From assembly GCA_963810035.1 (NCBI GenBank), contig CAWEMA010000007.1, positions 78,317-142,316 on the forward strand: a stretch of DNA of 64,000 bases, read 5' to 3'. Of the stretch, positions 47,465 through 59,575 are shown piece by piece. The position numbers were made by a program, and so were the translations under genes. This stretch comes from an uncultured Actinomycetota bacterium (GTDB lineage Bacteria > Actinomycetota > Actinomycetes > Propionibacteriales > Nocardioidaceae). The notes below the pieces were generated by a model. That model worked only from the letters and a program-made list of their open reading frames with translations. It had not been told where the DNA came from and made no database searches. How positions within the stretch are numbered: position 1 is the first letter of the stretch; every line of letters begins with the position of its first letter.

Positions 47465-47989
47465 TCAGACGCTGGTCTGGGTGCTGCCGTCGAAGTTCGC
47501 GCCGCCCGTGGCGAACGCGATGATGATCAGGCTGATCACCACCAGGCTCAGCACCAGCGCGATCGCCCCGGTGATGATGCCGGCCAGGGCCATCCCGTCG
47601 CCCTCCTGCTGGCCGCCCGTCGCCCGGATCTCGCTGCGGGCCTTGACTCCCAGCACGATCGGCAGGATGCCGATCAGGCCCAGGCCGCAGCAGAACGCCA
47701 GCACGATCGACCCGATGCCGGTCCACAGCGCCGCGGTCGCCTTGCCGTTGGTGCGCGAGGGGTAGCCGTACCCGTACGGGCCGGGCTGTCCGTAGCCGTA
47801 CTGGCCCTGCTGGCCGTACGCCGGCTGCCCGTACGGCTGGCCGTAGCCCGGCTGCTGGGGGTACGACGGCTGCGGGTACGTCGGCTGCTCAGGGGAGGAC
47901 TGGTCGCCGGACGGAGCGGCCCACGGGTCCCGCGAACCCTGCTCGCCGTGGGGGTCGTTCGGGTCGGGCGGTCCGGGCGGGAAGCTCAT
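47465..47989 (-). CDS. DUF4190 family membrane protein (paralog)
   Basis: QPGYGQPYG repeats, TNGKATAAL, LGVKARSEI, GDGMALAGIITG. Confidence 0.85.
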   Translation of the reverse strand: MSFPPGPPDPNDPHGEQGSRDPWAAPSGDQSSPEQPTYPQPSYPQQPGYGQPYGQPAYGQQGQYGYGQPGPYGYGYPSRTNGKATAALWTGIGSIVLAFCCGLGLIGILPIVLGVKARSEIRATGGQQEGDGMALAGIITGAIALVLSLVVISLIIIAFATGGANFDGSTQTSV

Positions 47990-48103
47990 CGCGGGGTCTC
48001 CAGGAGGCGGGTGCAGTGGGCGCGGTTCGGGGACGGATCGGGTCTCGTGAGAGTCTAGGGACCTGCGTTCACGTGCAGGTCATCGGCAAGGGGAGGGGTG
48101 TTC

Positions 48104-48910
48104 ATGAGCGTCCTCGAGGAGATCATCGACGGCGTGCGCGCCGACCTCGCTGAGCGCGAGGCCGCGGTCCCGCTGGCCGACCTCAAGGAGCGGGCACGTC
48201 GCGCTCCCGACGCGCTCGACCCGATGCAGGCCTTCCGGGCGCCGGGCGTGAGCGTGATCGCGGAGGTCAAGCGCTCCAGCCCCAGCAAGGGCGCCCTCGC
48301 CACCATCACCGACCCGGCCGCGCTCGCCGCGAACTACCAGTCCGGGGGAGCCGCGACGATCAGCGTGCTCACCGAGCGACGCCGCTTCGGCGGCAGCCTC
48401 GCCGACCTCGAGGCCGTCCGGGCCGCGGTCGACATCCCGGTGCTCCGCAAGGACTTCATCGTCACCTCCTACCAGCTGTGGGAGGCGCGTGCCGCCGGCG
48501 CCGACCTCGCGCTGCTGATCGTCGCCGCGCTCACCCAGAACCAGCTCGAGGCCCTCCTCGACCGCGCGCTCTCGATCGGCCTCACGCCGCTCGTGGAGGT
48601 GCACGACGAGGAGGAGGTCGACCGGGCGCTCGCCGCCGGTGCGACCCTGATCGGCGTCAACGCTCGCAACCTGAAGACCCTCGAGGTCGACCGGGACACC
48701 TTCGCCCGGCTCGCGCCGCTCATCCCCGACGACGTGGTGCGGGTGGCCGAGTCCGGGGTCCGCGGAGCGCACGACGTGTTCGAGTACGCCAAGCAGGGTG
48801 CCCACGTCGTGCTGGTCGGGGAGACCCTGGTGAAGGGCGACGACCCGCGCACCGCGGTCGCCGACCTGGTGGCCGCCGGAGCGCACCCGGCACTGAAACA
48901 GCGCGACTGA
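48104..48910 (+). CDS. trpC: Indole-3-glycerol phosphate synthase
   Basis: [42 protein letters not shown]. Confidence 0.96.
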   Translation: MSVLEEIIDGVRADLAEREAAVPLADLKERARRAPDALDPMQAFRAPGVSVIAEVKRSSPSKGALATITDPAALAANYQSGGAATISVLTERRRFGGSLADLEAVRAAVDIPVLRKDFIVTSYQLWEARAAGADLALLIVAALTQNQLEALLDRALSIGLTPLVEVHDEEEVDRALAAGATLIGVNARNLKTLEVDRDTFARLAPLIPDDVVRVAESGVRGAHDVFEYAKQGAHVVLVGETLVKGDDPRTAVADLVAAGAHPALKQRD

Positions 48911-48925
48911 GGAGCCCGCCCCGCG

Positions 48926-50203
48926 ATGTCTGCACCCTCTGTCTCTGCCTCCGACGGTCGTTTCGGCCGTTTCGGTGGACGGATGATGCCCGAGGCCCTG
49001 ATGGCCGCCCTCGACGAGCTCACGGACGCCTGGCACCACGCCATGGCGGACGCCGCGTTCACCGGGGAGTTCGACCGGCTGCTGCGCGAGTACGCCGGGG
49101 TGCCGAGCCGGCTGTACGACGCGACCAGGCTGTCCGAGCACGCCGGGGCCCGCATCCTGCTCAAGCGCGAGGACCTGAACCACACCGGTGCCCACAAGAT
49201 CCGCAACGTGCTCGGCCAGGCCCTGCTCACCAAGCGGATGGGCAAGACCCGGGTGATCGCCGAGACCGGCGCCGGCCAGCACGGAGTCGCGGCGGCGACC
49301 GCGGCGGCGTACCTCGGCCTCGACTGCGTGGTCTACATGGGTGAGGTGGACACCCAGCGCCAGGCCCTCAACGTCGCGAGGATGCAGCTGCTCGGCGCCG
49401 AGGTGGTCTCGGTGAAGTCCGGGTCGCGCACCCTCAAGGACGCCATCAACGAGGCGATCCGTGACTGGGTCTCCAGCGTCGACCACACCGCCTACCTGTT
49501 CGGCACGGCCGCAGGCCCGCACCCGTTCCCCTCGATGGTGCGTGACTTCTGCCGCGGCATCGGGGACGAGGCTCGCGCGCAGTGCCTCGAGCTGACCGGG
49601 GCACTCCCGGACTCGGCCGTGGCGTGCGTGGGCGGCGGGTCCAACGCGATCGGCCTGTTCACGGCCTTCGTCGAGGACGCCGACGTGCAGCTCGTCGGCT
49701 GCGAGGCCGCCGGCGACGGCGTCGACACGATGCGGCACGCCGCCACGATCTACGCCCGCGAGTTCGGCGTGCTGCACGGCGCCCGCACGTTCGTGCTGCA
49801 GGACGAGGACGGCCAGACGAAGGAGTCGCACTCGATCTCGGCCGGGCTCGACTACCCGGGCGTGGGTCCCGAGCACGCCTACCTCGCCGAGTCGGGTCGC
49901 GCGACCTACCGGCCGATCACCGACACCCAGGCGATGGACGCGTTCGCGCTGCTCTCGCGCACCGAGGGCATCATCCCGGCCATCGAGTCCGCGCACGCGA
50001 TCGCTGGGGCCCTGGAGCTCGCGCAGGAGCAGCCCGGGTCCACGATCCTGGTGAACCTGTCCGGCCGCGGCGACAAGGACATGGGCACCGCGATCGAGTG
50101 GTTCGGGCTGGGGGAGACCCGTCCCGAGGACCAGGCAGGGGTGCCCGCGGGCACGCCCGGCGAGGGCTCCGGCAACAACGCCGCGCCGGAGCGCCAGGCA
50201 TGA
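48926..50203 (+). CDS. trpB: Tryptophan synthase beta chain
   Basis: [55 protein letters not shown]. Confidence 0.98.
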   Translation: MSAPSVSASDGRFGRFGGRMMPEALMAALDELTDAWHHAMADAAFTGEFDRLLREYAGVPSRLYDATRLSEHAGARILLKREDLNHTGAHKIRNVLGQALLTKRMGKTRVIAETGAGQHGVAAATAAAYLGLDCVVYMGEVDTQRQALNVARMQLLGAEVVSVKSGSRTLKDAINEAIRDWVSSVDHTAYLFGTAAGPHPFPSMVRDFCRGIGDEARAQCLELTGALPDSAVACVGGGSNAIGLFTAFVEDADVQLVGCEAAGDGVDTMRHAATIYAREFGVLHGARTFVLQDEDGQTKESHSISAGLDYPGVGPEHAYLAESGRATYRPITDTQAMDAFALLSRTEGIIPAIESAHAIAGALELAQEQPGSTILVNLSGRGDKDMGTAIEWFGLGETRPEDQAGVPAGTPGEGSGNNAAPERQA

Positions 50204-50997
50204 GCACCGACAAGGCCTTCGCCACGGCGAAGGCGGAGGGCCGGGCCGCGCTGGTCGGCTACCTGCCGGCCGGCTTCCCCGACCTCGAGGGCTCGGTCGA
50301 CGCGCTGCGCACCATGGTCGATGCCGGCTGCGACGTGATCGAGGTCGGGCTGCCCTACAGCGACCCGGTGATGGACGGACCGACCATCCAGGCCGCGGCC
50401 CAGCAGGCTCTCGAGGCGGGCACCCGCACGGTCGACGTGCTGCGCACGGTCGAGGCGGTCGCCGGCACCGGCGTACCCACGGTGGTGATGACCTACTGGA
50501 ACCCGGTCGAGAGGTACGGCGTCGACCGCTTCGCGCAGGACCTGGCGTCCGCCGGGGGAGCGGGCCTGATCACGCCCGACCTGGTCCCCGACGAGGCCGA
50601 CGTCTGGGTGGCCGCGGCCGACCGGCACGGGCTGGACAAGATCTTCCTGGTCGCCCCGTCCTCGACCGACGCCCGGCTGCGCTCGACGACCGCCGCCTGC
50701 CGGGGCTTCGTCTACGCGACCGCGGTGATGGGCGTGACCGGCGCCCGGGACGCGACCAGCGACCTGGCCGCACCGCTGGTCGCGCGCACCCGCGCGGTCA
50801 CCGACCTGCCCGTCGGGGTGGGGCTGGGGGTCTCCGACGGCGACCAGGCCGCCGAGGTGGCCCGCTTCGCCGACGGTGTCATCGTCGGCTCGGCGTTCGT
50901 CCGCCGGCTGCTCGACGCCGGCACGGACCGGGCGGCGGGACTGGCCTCGTTGGCCGAGCTCACCCGCGACCTCGCCGACGGGGTACGTCGTGCGTAG
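50200..50997 (+). CDS. trpA: Tryptophan synthase alpha chain
   Basis: [44 protein letters not shown]. Confidence 0.96.
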   Translation: MSTDKAFATAKAEGRAALVGYLPAGFPDLEGSVDALRTMVDAGCDVIEVGLPYSDPVMDGPTIQAAAQQALEAGTRTVDVLRTVEAVAGTGVPTVVMTYWNPVERYGVDRFAQDLASAGGAGLITPDLVPDEADVWVAAADRHGLDKIFLVAPSSTDARLRSTTAACRGFVYATAVMGVTGARDATSDLAAPLVARTRAVTDLPVGVGLGVSDGDQAAEVARFADGVIVGSAFVRRLLDAGTDRAAGLASLAELTRDLADGVRRA

Positions 50998-51643
50998 GGT
51001 CCTGGCCGCGGCGCTGGCCACGGCCGTCGTACTCCCGCTGGCCGGCTGCGCCCGGCAGGCGTCGGAGTCGCAGGGGCCGGTCGCGAACGTCAACGTGCAC
51101 GACACCGACGGCCTCAACGGCGTCGTGCTCCCCAAGCCGTACGACGTCCCCGACGTCACCCTCGACGATGCGTCGGGCCGGCCCTACGACCTGGCCACGG
51201 ACGCGACGAAGCCGGTGACGCTGGTCTTCTTCGGCTACACGAACTGCCCGGACATCTGCCAGGTGGTGATGGCCAACATCGCCTCGGCGTTGACCCGGCT
51301 CCCCGCCGCCCAGCAGGCCAAGGTGGGGATGGTCTTCGTCACCACCGACCCCGCCCGTGACGACGCCCGGACCCTGCGCGGCTACCTCGACCGCTTCAAC
51401 CCGTCGTTCCAGGGGCTGACCGGCGACCTGAGCCGGGTCGTCGCACTGGGCAAGGCCTTCGACGTCCCCGTCGAGAAGGGCCAGAAGCTGGCGTCCGGCG
51501 GGTACGACGTCGCGCACGGCACCCAGGTGGTGGGAGTCCTCCCGGACCGGACGGCGCCGTTCGTGTGGACCGAGGGGACCGACCCCGCCGCGCTCGCCGA
51601 CGACCTCACCAAGATCCTCGACGACAAGGTGCCCGGACTGTGA
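50990..51643 (+). CDS. SCO1/SenC family copper-chaperone lipoprotein
   Basis: Lipobox LAGC; FFGYTNCPDIC (CxxxC); TTDPARD; VAHG. Confidence 0.88.
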   Translation: MRRVLAAALATAVVLPLAGCARQASESQGPVANVNVHDTDGLNGVVLPKPYDVPDVTLDDASGRPYDLATDATKPVTLVFFGYTNCPDICQVVMANIASALTRLPAAQQAKVGMVFVTTDPARDDARTLRGYLDRFNPSFQGLTGDLSRVVALGKAFDVPVEKGQKLASGGYDVAHGTQVVGVLPDRTAPFVWTEGTDPAALADDLTKILDDKVPGL

Positions 51644-52530
51644 ACCCGCTCTTCATCCCGAGTCCCGGCCAGGGTGTCTGGCACCTCGGCCCGATCCCGA
51701 TCCGCGCCTACGCGCTGTGCATCATCCTCGGCGTCGTCGTCGCGATCTGGCTCGGCGAGCGCCGGTGGGTGGCCCGCGGCGGCATCCGCGGGCAGGTGTC
51801 GGACATCGCGATCTGGGCGGTGCCGTTCGGCCTGGTCGGCGGCCGGCTCTACCACGTGATCACCGACCCGGCGAACTACTTCGGCAAGAACGGCAACCCG
51901 GTCGCCGCGCTCTACGTCTGGCAGGGCGGCCTCGGCATCTGGGGCGCCATCGCGCTGGGCGGCGTGGGCGCCTACATCGGGTGCCGGAGGTACGGCATCA
52001 AGCTGCCGCCCATGGCGGACGCGCTCGCCCCCGGCATCGTCATCGCCCAGGCGATCGGCCGCTGGGGCAACTGGTTCAACCAGGAGCTCTACGGCAAGCC
52101 GACCACGCTGCCGTGGGGACTCGAGATCGACAGCGAGCACCGGCAGTCGCTGGCCCCGCAGTACCAGCAGTACGAGACCTTCCACCCGACCTTCCTCTAC
52201 GAGTTCGGGTGGAACCTCGGGGTCGCGGCCCTCGTGATCTGGGCGGACAGGAAGTTCCGGCTGGGCCACGGGCGTGCGTTCGCGCTCTACGTGATGGCCT
52301 ACACCGCCGGGCGCGGCTGGATCGAGTACCTCCGCATCGACGCGGTAGAGGCGAACGACGTGTTCGGCCTGCGGCTGAACGTCTGGACCTCGATCGTGGT
52401 GTTCCTGCTCGCCACGGCGTACTTCGTGATCGTCGGCCGGCGTCGCCCCGGACGCGAGGAGTCGGTGTTCCGCGACGGGCACAAGCCCTCCGAGGGCTCC
52501 TCGGACGAGGAGTCCACCGAGGTCAGGTGA
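51640..52530 (+). CDS. lgt: Prolipoprotein diacylglyceryl transferase
   Basis: IRAYALCI, GGRLYHV, GGLGIWG, AQAIGRWGNWFNQELYG, HPTFLYE. Confidence 0.96.
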   Translation: MNPLFIPSPGQGVWHLGPIPIRAYALCIILGVVVAIWLGERRWVARGGIRGQVSDIAIWAVPFGLVGGRLYHVITDPANYFGKNGNPVAALYVWQGGLGIWGAIALGGVGAYIGCRRYGIKLPPMADALAPGIVIAQAIGRWGNWFNQELYGKPTTLPWGLEIDSEHRQSLAPQYQQYETFHPTFLYEFGWNLGVAALVIWADRKFRLGHGRAFALYVMAYTAGRGWIEYLRIDAVEANDVFGLRLNVWTSIVVFLLATAYFVIVGRRRPGREESVFRDGHKPSEGSSDEESTEVR

Positions 52531-52578
52531 GCCTCGCCTTCGGTGAATCGCCTGCGCAGCTTCGGTAAATTGCCCGCT

Positions 52579-53313
52579 ATGAGCGCCGACGCCCTGACCC
52601 CCGAGGTCCCCGAGATCCAGCACGACCACCCCGACGTCACCGGTGGTTGGCTGCGTCCCGCCGTCTTCGGTGCCATGGACGGCCTGGTCTCCAACCTCGC
52701 GCTCATCGCCGGTGTCGCCGGCGGCACCCGTGACCACACCGACTCCTCGGCGGTCGTGCTCGCCGGCCTGGCCGGTCTCGCCGCCGGTGCGTTCTCGATG
52801 GCGGCGGGGGAGTACACCTCGGTGGCCAGCCAGTCCGAGGCTGCCCAGCGCGAGATCGACAAGGAGCGCCGCGAGATCATCGCGAACCCGCTCGCGGAGG
52901 CCAGCGAGCTGGCGGAGATGTACGTCGGCAAGGGCATCGAGCCGGCCCTCGCGGCCGAGGTGGCCCGGCAGATCCACGCCGACGTCGACAACGCGGTCAA
53001 CGTGCACGCGCGCGAGGAGCTCGGCGTCGACCCGGACGACCTGGCCTCGCCGACCGTGGCCGCGGTGTCCTCGTTCCTTTCCTTCGCCGTGGGCGCGCTG
53101 ATCCCCGTGCTGCCCTACCTCCTGGGCGCCGGCAGCCTGGTCCCGGGCCTGGTCGTCACCCTGGTCGCGCTGTTCGCCTGCGGGGCGGTGGTCACCCAGG
53201 TCACCAGCCGGTCGTGGTGGTACGGCGGCTCGCGGCAGATGGTCCTGGGAGCCGCGGCGGCGGGGCTGACCTACGTCTTCGGCGGCCTCGTAGGCGGAGC
53301 CGGGATCGGCTGA
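52579..53313 (+). CDS. VIT1/CCC1 family iron/manganese transporter
   Basis: [38 protein letters not shown]; TAAATT 7 nt before the ATG. Confidence 0.9.
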   Translation: MSADALTPEVPEIQHDHPDVTGGWLRPAVFGAMDGLVSNLALIAGVAGGTRDHTDSSAVVLAGLAGLAAGAFSMAAGEYTSVASQSEAAQREIDKERREIIANPLAEASELAEMYVGKGIEPALAAEVARQIHADVDNAVNVHAREELGVDPDDLASPTVAAVSSFLSFAVGALIPVLPYLLGAGSLVPGLVVTLVALFACGAVVTQVTSRSWWYGGSRQMVLGAAAAGLTYVFGGLVGGAGIG

Positions 53314-53504
53314 GTGTCCGCTTTGCGGGCGGCGTCCAGAGTGTGAGCCACCCGTCTCGCTGGCCGAGTGTCGGCAGGTTACTCTGCTGTAGCATTTTCA
53401 TTCCGCATGGGCCAATGTCGTCCCCTGCATCACTGCTTGAGCTGCACCCGCGGCCGCCTCCCAGGCGGTGCTGCAGGTGCCCACGACGACGGGAGGAATG
53501 CCGC

Positions 53505-56500
53505 ATGCACGCGTTCCCGCCGCCCCAGGGTCTGTACGACGGACTCCACGAGCACGACGCTTGTGGAGTCGCGTTCGTCGCCACCCTGACCGGCCAGGCC
53601 AGCCACGACATCGTCGCGAAGGCCATCACCGCCCTGCGCAACCTCGAGCACCGTGGTGCAACCGGGGCCGAGCCGGACTCCGGCGACGGCGCCGGCATCC
53701 TCTTCGGCGTTCCCGACGCGTTCTTCCGCGAGGTCGTCGACTTCGAGCTGCCCCAGGCGCACTCGTACGCCGTGGGCACCGCGTTCCTGCCCGGGGACGC
53801 CGACGAGGTCGCGAAGACCCGCCAGCGGATCGAGGAGATCGCCGCCGAGGAGGGCCTGACCGTCCTCGGCTGGCGCGACGTTCCGGTCGACTCCTCGATG
53901 CTCGGCGCCACCGCGCTGAGCGTGATGCCGACGTTCAGCCAGATCTTCGTGGCGGCGACCAGCGGACGGCTCGTGGGGATGGCCCTCGAGCGGCTGGCGT
54001 TCTGCCTGCGCAAGCGCTCCGAGCACGAGACCGACGTGTACTTCCCGTCGCTGTCCTCGCGCACCATCGCCTACAAGGGCATGCTCACCACCGACCAGCT
54101 CGACCACTTCTACCCGGACCTGGTCGACGAGCGGGTCGCCTCGGCCGTCGCGGTCGTGCACTCGCGGTTCTCCACCAACACCTTCCCGAGCTGGCCGCTC
54201 TCGCACCCGTTCCGGTTCATCGCCCACAACGGCGAGATCAACACCGTGATGGGCAACCGCAACTGGATGCGGGCCCGGGAGGCGCTGCTGGCCAGCGACC
54301 TGATCCCCGGTGACCTCGACCGGCTCTACCCGATCTGCACGCCGGGGGCGTCGGACTCCGCGTCGTTCGACGAGGTGCTCGAGCTGCTGCACCTCGGGGG
54401 CCGGAGCCTGCCGCACTCGGTGCTGATGATGATCCCCGAGGCGTGGGAGAACCACGCCGAGATGGACGAGAAGCGCAAGGCCTTCTACGAGTTCCACGCC
54501 TCGATGATGGAGCCGTGGGACGGGCCCGCGTGCGTGGTGTTCACCGACGGCACCCAGGTCGGTGCCGTGCTCGACCGCAACGGCCTGCGCCCCTCGCGCT
54601 ACTGGGTGACCGACGACGGGCTCGTCGTACTCGCCTCCGAGGTCGGCGTGCTCGACATCGACCCGGCCACCGTGGTCCGCAAGGGCCGGCTGCAGCCGGG
54701 CCGGATGTTCCTGGTGGACACCCACGAGCACCGGATCATCGAGGACGAGGAGATCAAGGGCGAGCTGGCCGCGGAGCACCCGTACGACGAGTGGCTGCAC
54801 GCCGGCATCGTCCGCTTCGAGGACCTGCCGGACCGTGAGCACATCGTGCACACGCACGCCTCGGTCACCCGCCGCCAGCAGATCTTCGGCTACACCGAGG
54901 AGGAGAAGCGGGTCCTGCTGACCCCGATGGCGAAGACGGGCGCGGAGCCGATCGGGTCGATGGGCACCGACACCCCGATCGCCGCGCTGTCGGACCGGCC
55001 GCGGCTGCTGTTCGACTACTTCGCGCAGCTGTTCGCGCAGGTCACCAACCCGCCGCTGGACGCGATCCGCGAGGAGCTCGTGACGTCGCTGTCCGGCACC
55101 ATCGGCCCGGAGGCGAACCTCCTCGAGCCGACCCCGGCGTCGTGCCGCCAGCTCGTGCTGCCGTTCCCGGTGATCACCAACGACGAGCTCGCCAAGATCC
55201 GGCACATCAACCGCGACGGCGACCTGCCCGGCTACGCCACCCACGTCTCGCGCGGCCTCTACGACGTGGAGGGCGGCGGTGCCGCGCTCGCCGACCGGAT
55301 CGACCAGATCTGCGCCGAGGTGTCGGCCGCGATCGCCGAGGGCGCCCGGATCATCGTGCTCTCCGACCGGCACTCGACCGCCGAGCTGGCGCCGATCCCG
55401 TCGCTGCTGCTGACCGGGGCCGTGCACCACCACCTGGTGCGCGAGAAGACCCGCACCCAGATCGGCATGGTCATCGAGGCCGGCGACGTCCGCGAGGTGC
55501 ACCACGTCGCGCTGCTGATGGGGTACGGCGCCGCCGCGGTCAACCCCTACCTCGCGATGGAGACCGTCGAGGACCTGGCCCGCGACGGCTACTACGTCGA
55601 GGTCGAGCCCGAGCAGGCCGTGAAGAACCTGGTGAAGTCGCTCGGCAAGGGCGTGCTCAAGGTGATGAGCAAGATGGGCGTCTCGACGGTCGCGTCGTAC
55701 ACCGGTGCCCAGATCTTCGAGGCGGTCGGGCTGGCCCAGCCGCTGGTCGACCGCTACTTCACCGGCACCACCAGCAAGCTCGGCGGCATCGGCATCGACA
55801 CGATCGCCGAGGAGGTGGCCCGCCGGCACCGCAAGGCCTACCCGGTCGACGGCCTGCCGGCCGCGCACCGCTCGCTGGACATCGGCGGGGAGTACCAGTG
55901 GCGCCGCGAGGGCGAGCCGCACCTGTTCGACCCCGAGACCGTGTTCCGGCTGCAGCACTCCACCCGCACCGGCCGCTACGACATCTTCAAGCAGTACACC
56001 TCGCGCGTGAACGACCAGTCCGAGCGGCTGATGACGCTGCGCGGCCTGTTCAAGTTCCGTGACGGCTCCGAGACCCAGCGCGAGCCGATCCCGATCGAGG
56101 AGGTCGAGCCGGTCTCCGCGATCGTCAAGCGGTTCTCCACCGGCGCGATGTCCTACGGCTCGATCAGCCGCGAGGCGCACGAGACCCTCGCGGTCGCGAT
56201 GAACCGCCTCGGCGGCAAGTCGAACACCGGCGAGGGCGGCGAGGACGCCGACCGGCTCTACGACCCCGAGCGTCGCAGCTCCATCAAGCAGGTGGCGTCC
56301 GGCCGCTTCGGCGTCACCTCGGAGTACCTCACCAACGCCGACGACATCCAGATCAAGATGGCGCAGGGCGCGAAGCCCGGCGAGGGCGGCCAGCTGCCCG
56401 GTCACAAGGTCTACCCGTGGGTGGCCAAGACGCGGTACTCCACGCCGGGCGTGGGGCTGATCTCCCCGCCGCCGCACCACGACATCTACTCGATCGAGGA

Positions 56501-58037
56501 CCTCGCCCAGCTGATCCACGACCTGAAGAACTCCAACCCCTCGGCCCGGGTGCACGTCAAGCTCGTCGCCGAGGTCGGGGTCGGCACGGTCGCGGCGGGT
56601 GTGTCCAAGGCGCACGCGGACGTCGTACTCATCTCCGGACACGACGGCGGCACCGGGGCGGCACCGCTGACCTCGCTCAAGCACGCCGGCGGTCCCTGGG
56701 AGCTCGGCCTCGCCGAGACCCAGCAGACGCTGCTGCTCAACGGGCTGCGCGACCGGATCGTGGTGCAGGCCGACGGGCAGATGAAGACCGGGCGCGACGT
56801 CGTGGTCGCCGCCCTGCTCGGGGCCGAGGAGTTCGGCTTCGCGACCGCGCCGCTGGTCGTGTCCGGCTGCATCATGATGCGGGTCTGCCACCTCGACACC
56901 TGCCCGGTGGGCGTGGCGACGCAGAACCCGGTGCTGCGCGACCGCTTCGCCGGCAAGCCGGAGTTCGTGGTGAACTTCTTCGAGTTCATCGCCGAGGAGG
57001 TCCGCGAGCTGCTCGCCGAGCTCGGGTTCCGCACCCTCGAGGAGGCCGTCGGCCACGCCGAGCTGCTCGACGTCGCCAGTGCCGTGCACCACTGGAAGGC
57101 CGCCGGTCTGGACCTGCGCCCGATCCTGCACGTGCCCGAGCTGCCCGAGGGGGCCGCGCGGCACAACACCACCGGCCAGGACCACGGCCTCGACAAGGCT
57201 CTCGACAACGAGCTCGTCGCGCTGGCCCAGGACGCCCTGGAGAGGGGCGAGCCGGTCCGGGCCCAGGTGCAGATCCGCAACGTGAACCGCACGGTCGGCA
57301 CGATCCTCGGCCACGAGGTGACCAAGCGGTTCAAGGGCGAGGGTCTGCCGGACGGCACGATCGACATCACCTTCACCGGGTCCGCCGGCCAGTCGTTCGG
57401 CGCGTTCGTCCCGCGCGGCATGACCCTGCGCCTCGAGGGCGACGCGAACGACTACGTCGGCAAGGGGCTCTCCGGCGGCCGGATCGTCGTACGCCCGGAC
57501 CGCTCCGCGACCTTCGACGCGGCCGGCCAGATCATCGCCGGCAACGTCATCGGGTACGGCGCGACGTCCGGCGAGATGTTCCTGCGCGGCCAGGTCGGCG
57601 AGCGCTTCTGCGTCCGCAACTCCGGCGCCACCGCCGTGGTGGAGGGCGTCGGCGACCACGGGTGCGAGTACATGACCGGAGGACGGGTGGTCGTGCTCGG
57701 ACCGACCGGGCGCAACTTCGCGGCCGGCATGTCCGGCGGCGTGGCGTTCGTGCTCGACCTCGACGGCGACCGGGTCAACCAGGAGCTGGTCGACCTCGCG
57801 CCCGTCGACGGTGACGCGGCCGAGGAGCTCGAAGGCATCGTCCGCCGGCACCTCGACGAGACCGGGTCGCCGGTGGCGCAGGCGCTGCTCGACGACTGGT
57901 CGTCGGCCGTCACACGGTTCACCGAGGTCATGCCCACCGACTACAAGCGGGTGCTCGCCGCCAAGGAAGAGGCCGAGGAAGAGGGCCTCTCCGACGACGA
58001 GACCGCGGCCAAGATGATGGAGACCCTCCATGGCTGA
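53505..58037 (+). CDS. gltB: Glutamate synthase large subunit
   Basis: HEHDACGV (Ntn Cys), [40 protein letters not shown]; RBS GGGAGG. Confidence 0.98.
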   Translation: MHAFPPPQGLYDGLHEHDACGVAFVATLTGQASHDIVAKAITALRNLEHRGATGAEPDSGDGAGILFGVPDAFFREVVDFELPQAHSYAVGTAFLPGDADEVAKTRQRIEEIAAEEGLTVLGWRDVPVDSSMLGATALSVMPTFSQIFVAATSGRLVGMALERLAFCLRKRSEHETDVYFPSLSSRTIAYKGMLTTDQLDHFYPDLVDERVASAVAVVHSRFSTNTFPSWPLSHPFRFIAHNGEINTVMGNRNWMRAREALLASDLIPGDLDRLYPICTPGASDSASFDEVLELLHLGGRSLPHSVLMMIPEAWENHAEMDEKRKAFYEFHASMMEPWDGPACVVFTDGTQVGAVLDRNGLRPSRYWVTDDGLVVLASEVGVLDIDPATVVRKGRLQPGRMFLVDTHEHRIIEDEEIKGELAAEHPYDEWLHAGIVRFEDLPDREHIVHTHASVTRRQQIFGYTEEEKRVLLTPMAKTGAEPIGSMGTDTPIAALSDRPRLLFDYFAQLFAQVTNPPLDAIREELVTSLSGTIGPEANLLEPTPASCRQLVLPFPVITNDELAKIRHINRDGDLPGYATHVSRGLYDVEGGGAALADRIDQICAEVSAAIAEGARIIVLSDRHSTAELAPIPSLLLTGAVHHHLVREKTRTQIGMVIEAGDVREVHHVALLMGYGAAAVNPYLAMETVEDLARDGYYVEVEPEQAVKNLVKSLGKGVLKVMSKMGVSTVASYTGAQIFEAVGLAQPLVDRYFTGTTSKLGGIGIDTIAEEVARRHRKAYPVDGLPAAHRSLDIGGEYQWRREGEPHLFDPETVFRLQHSTRTGRYDIFKQYTSRVNDQSERLMTLRGLFKFRDGSETQREPIPIEEVEPVSAIVKRFSTGAMSYGSISREAHETLAVAMNRLGGKSNTGEGGEDADRLYDPERRSSIKQVASGRFGVTSEYLTNADDIQIKMAQGAKPGEGGQLPGHKVYPWVAKTRYSTPGVGLISPPPHHDIYSIEDLAQLIHDLKNSNPSARVHVKLVAEVGVGTVAAGVSKAHADVVLISGHDGGTGAAPLTSLKHAGGPWELGLAETQQTLLLNGLRDRIVVQADGQMKTGRDVVVAALLGAEEFGFATAPLVVSGCIMMRVCHLDTCPVGVATQNPVLRDRFAGKPEFVVNFFEFIAEEVRELLAELGFRTLEEAVGHAELLDVASAVHHWKAAGLDLRPILHVPELPEGAARHNTTGQDHGLDKALDNELVALAQDALERGEPVRAQVQIRNVNRTVGTILGHEVTKRFKGEGLPDGTIDITFTGSAGQSFGAFVPRGMTLRLEGDANDYVGKGLSGGRIVVRPDRSATFDAAGQIIAGNVIGYGATSGEMFLRGQVGERFCVRNSGATAVVEGVGDHGCEYMTGGRVVVLGPTGRNFAAGMSGGVAFVLDLDGDRVNQELVDLAPVDGDAAEELEGIVRRHLDETGSPVAQALLDDWSSAVTRFTEVMPTDYKRVLAAKEEAEEEGLSDDETAAKMMETLHG

Positions 58038-59496
58038 CCCCAGAGGCTTTCTCAAGCACGGGCGCGAGGTCGCCTCGCGCCGACCCGTCGCAGAGCGGGT
58101 CGACGACTGGCACGAGGTCTACCCCGAGGGGGCGGGCCGGGCGCTGCTGCCGATCATCACCGAGCAGGCCGGGCGCTGCATGGACTGCGGCATCCCGTTC
58201 TGCCACCAGGGCTGCCCGCTCGGGAACATCATCCCGGAGTGGAACGACCTGGTCTGGCGCGACGACTGGGACGGCGCGATCGAGCGGCTGCACGCGACCA
58301 ACAACTTCCCGGAGTTCACCGGCCGGCTCTGCCCGGCGCCGTGCGAGACCGCCTGCGTGCTCGGCATCAACCAGGACCCGGTGACGATCAAGAACGTCGA
58401 GGTGTCCATCGCCGACCGTGCCTGGGAGTCCGGGATGGTCAGGCCGCAGCCGCCGGAGTGGCTCAGCGGCAAGACCGTCGCGGTCGTCGGCTCCGGGCCG
58501 GCAGGCCTGGCCGCGGCCCAGCAGCTCACCCGGGCCGGGCACACCGTCGCGGTCTACGAGCGCGCCGACAAGCCGGGCGGCCTGCTGCGCTACGGCATCC
58601 CCGAGTTCAAGATGGAGAAGAAGCACCTCGACCGGCGCATCGACCAGATGCGCAGGGAAGGGACCGTGTTCCGCTCCGGCGTCGACGTGGGCGCGGACGT
58701 CACGGGCACCCAGCTCGTGGAGCGCTTCGACGCCGTGGTGCTCGCCCTGGGAGCCACCGCGGCGCGCGACCTGCCGATCACCGGGCGCGAGCTCGGCGGC
58801 ATCCACCAGGCGATGGAGTTCCTCCCGCAGTCCAACCGGGCCTCGCTCGGCGAGGAGGTCGAGGACCAGATCCTGGCGACCGGCAAGCACGTCGTGATCA
58901 TCGGCGGCGGTGACACCGGCGCGGACTGCCTGGGCACGTCGCACCGGCAGAAGGCCGCGTCCGTGACGCAGCTGGAGATCATGCCGCAGCCGGGGGAGGA
59001 CCGCCCCGAGGGACAGCCGTGGCCGACGTACCCGATGCTGTTCCGGGTCTCCTCCGCGCACGAGGAGGGTGGCGAGCGGGTCTACTCGGTGTCCACCCAG
59101 GAGTTCCTCGGCGACGAGGACGGCAACGTCCGCGCGCTGCGGCTGGTCGACGTGGAGATGAAGGACGGGAAGTTCGCCGAGGTCGAGGGCACGGAGCGGG
59201 AGATCCCGGCCGAGCTGGTGCTGTTCGCGATGGGCTTCACCGGCCCCGAGCAGGACGGCGTGGTCGGCCAGCTCGGTGTCGAGCTCGACCAGCGCGGGAA
59301 CATCGTGCGCGACGGTGCCTACATGTCCAGCCAGCCGGGCGTCTTCGTCGCCGGCGACGCGGGCAGGGGCCAGTCGCTCATCGTGTGGGCGATCGCGGAG
59401 GGCCGCGCGGCCGCCGCAGGAGTAGACCGGTACCTCACCGGAACCACGACGCTGCCCGTCCCGATCCCGCCCACCGAGCGTCCGCTGGTGGTCTGA
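58030..59496 (+). CDS. gltD: Glutamate synthase small subunit
   Basis: [42 protein letters not shown]. Confidence 0.97.
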   Translation: MADPRGFLKHGREVASRRPVAERVDDWHEVYPEGAGRALLPIITEQAGRCMDCGIPFCHQGCPLGNIIPEWNDLVWRDDWDGAIERLHATNNFPEFTGRLCPAPCETACVLGINQDPVTIKNVEVSIADRAWESGMVRPQPPEWLSGKTVAVVGSGPAGLAAAQQLTRAGHTVAVYERADKPGGLLRYGIPEFKMEKKHLDRRIDQMRREGTVFRSGVDVGADVTGTQLVERFDAVVLALGATAARDLPITGRELGGIHQAMEFLPQSNRASLGEEVEDQILATGKHVVIIGGGDTGADCLGTSHRQKAASVTQLEIMPQPGEDRPEGQPWPTYPMLFRVSSAHEEGGERVYSVSTQEFLGDEDGNVRALRLVDVEMKDGKFAEVEGTEREIPAELVLFAMGFTGPEQDGVVGQLGVELDQRGNIVRDGAYMSSQPGVFVAGDAGRGQSLIVWAIAEGRAAAAGVDRYLTGTTTLPVPIPPTERPLVV

Positions 59497-59575
59497 CGGA
59501 CATCTGTCCGATCACATCTTGGAACGTTCCAGCCGCGGGTCCGGTGACCCACCGGTAGCCCGCTAGGGTCGGTGC

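Noticed and set aside
53430-58055. 1541-aa antisense ORF over gltB, and similar long antisense or off-frame ORFs over betB, the DMG oxidoreductase, the ABC genes and pyk
   Set aside because: Same artefact: stop codons are scarce in alternative frames of GC-rich genes.
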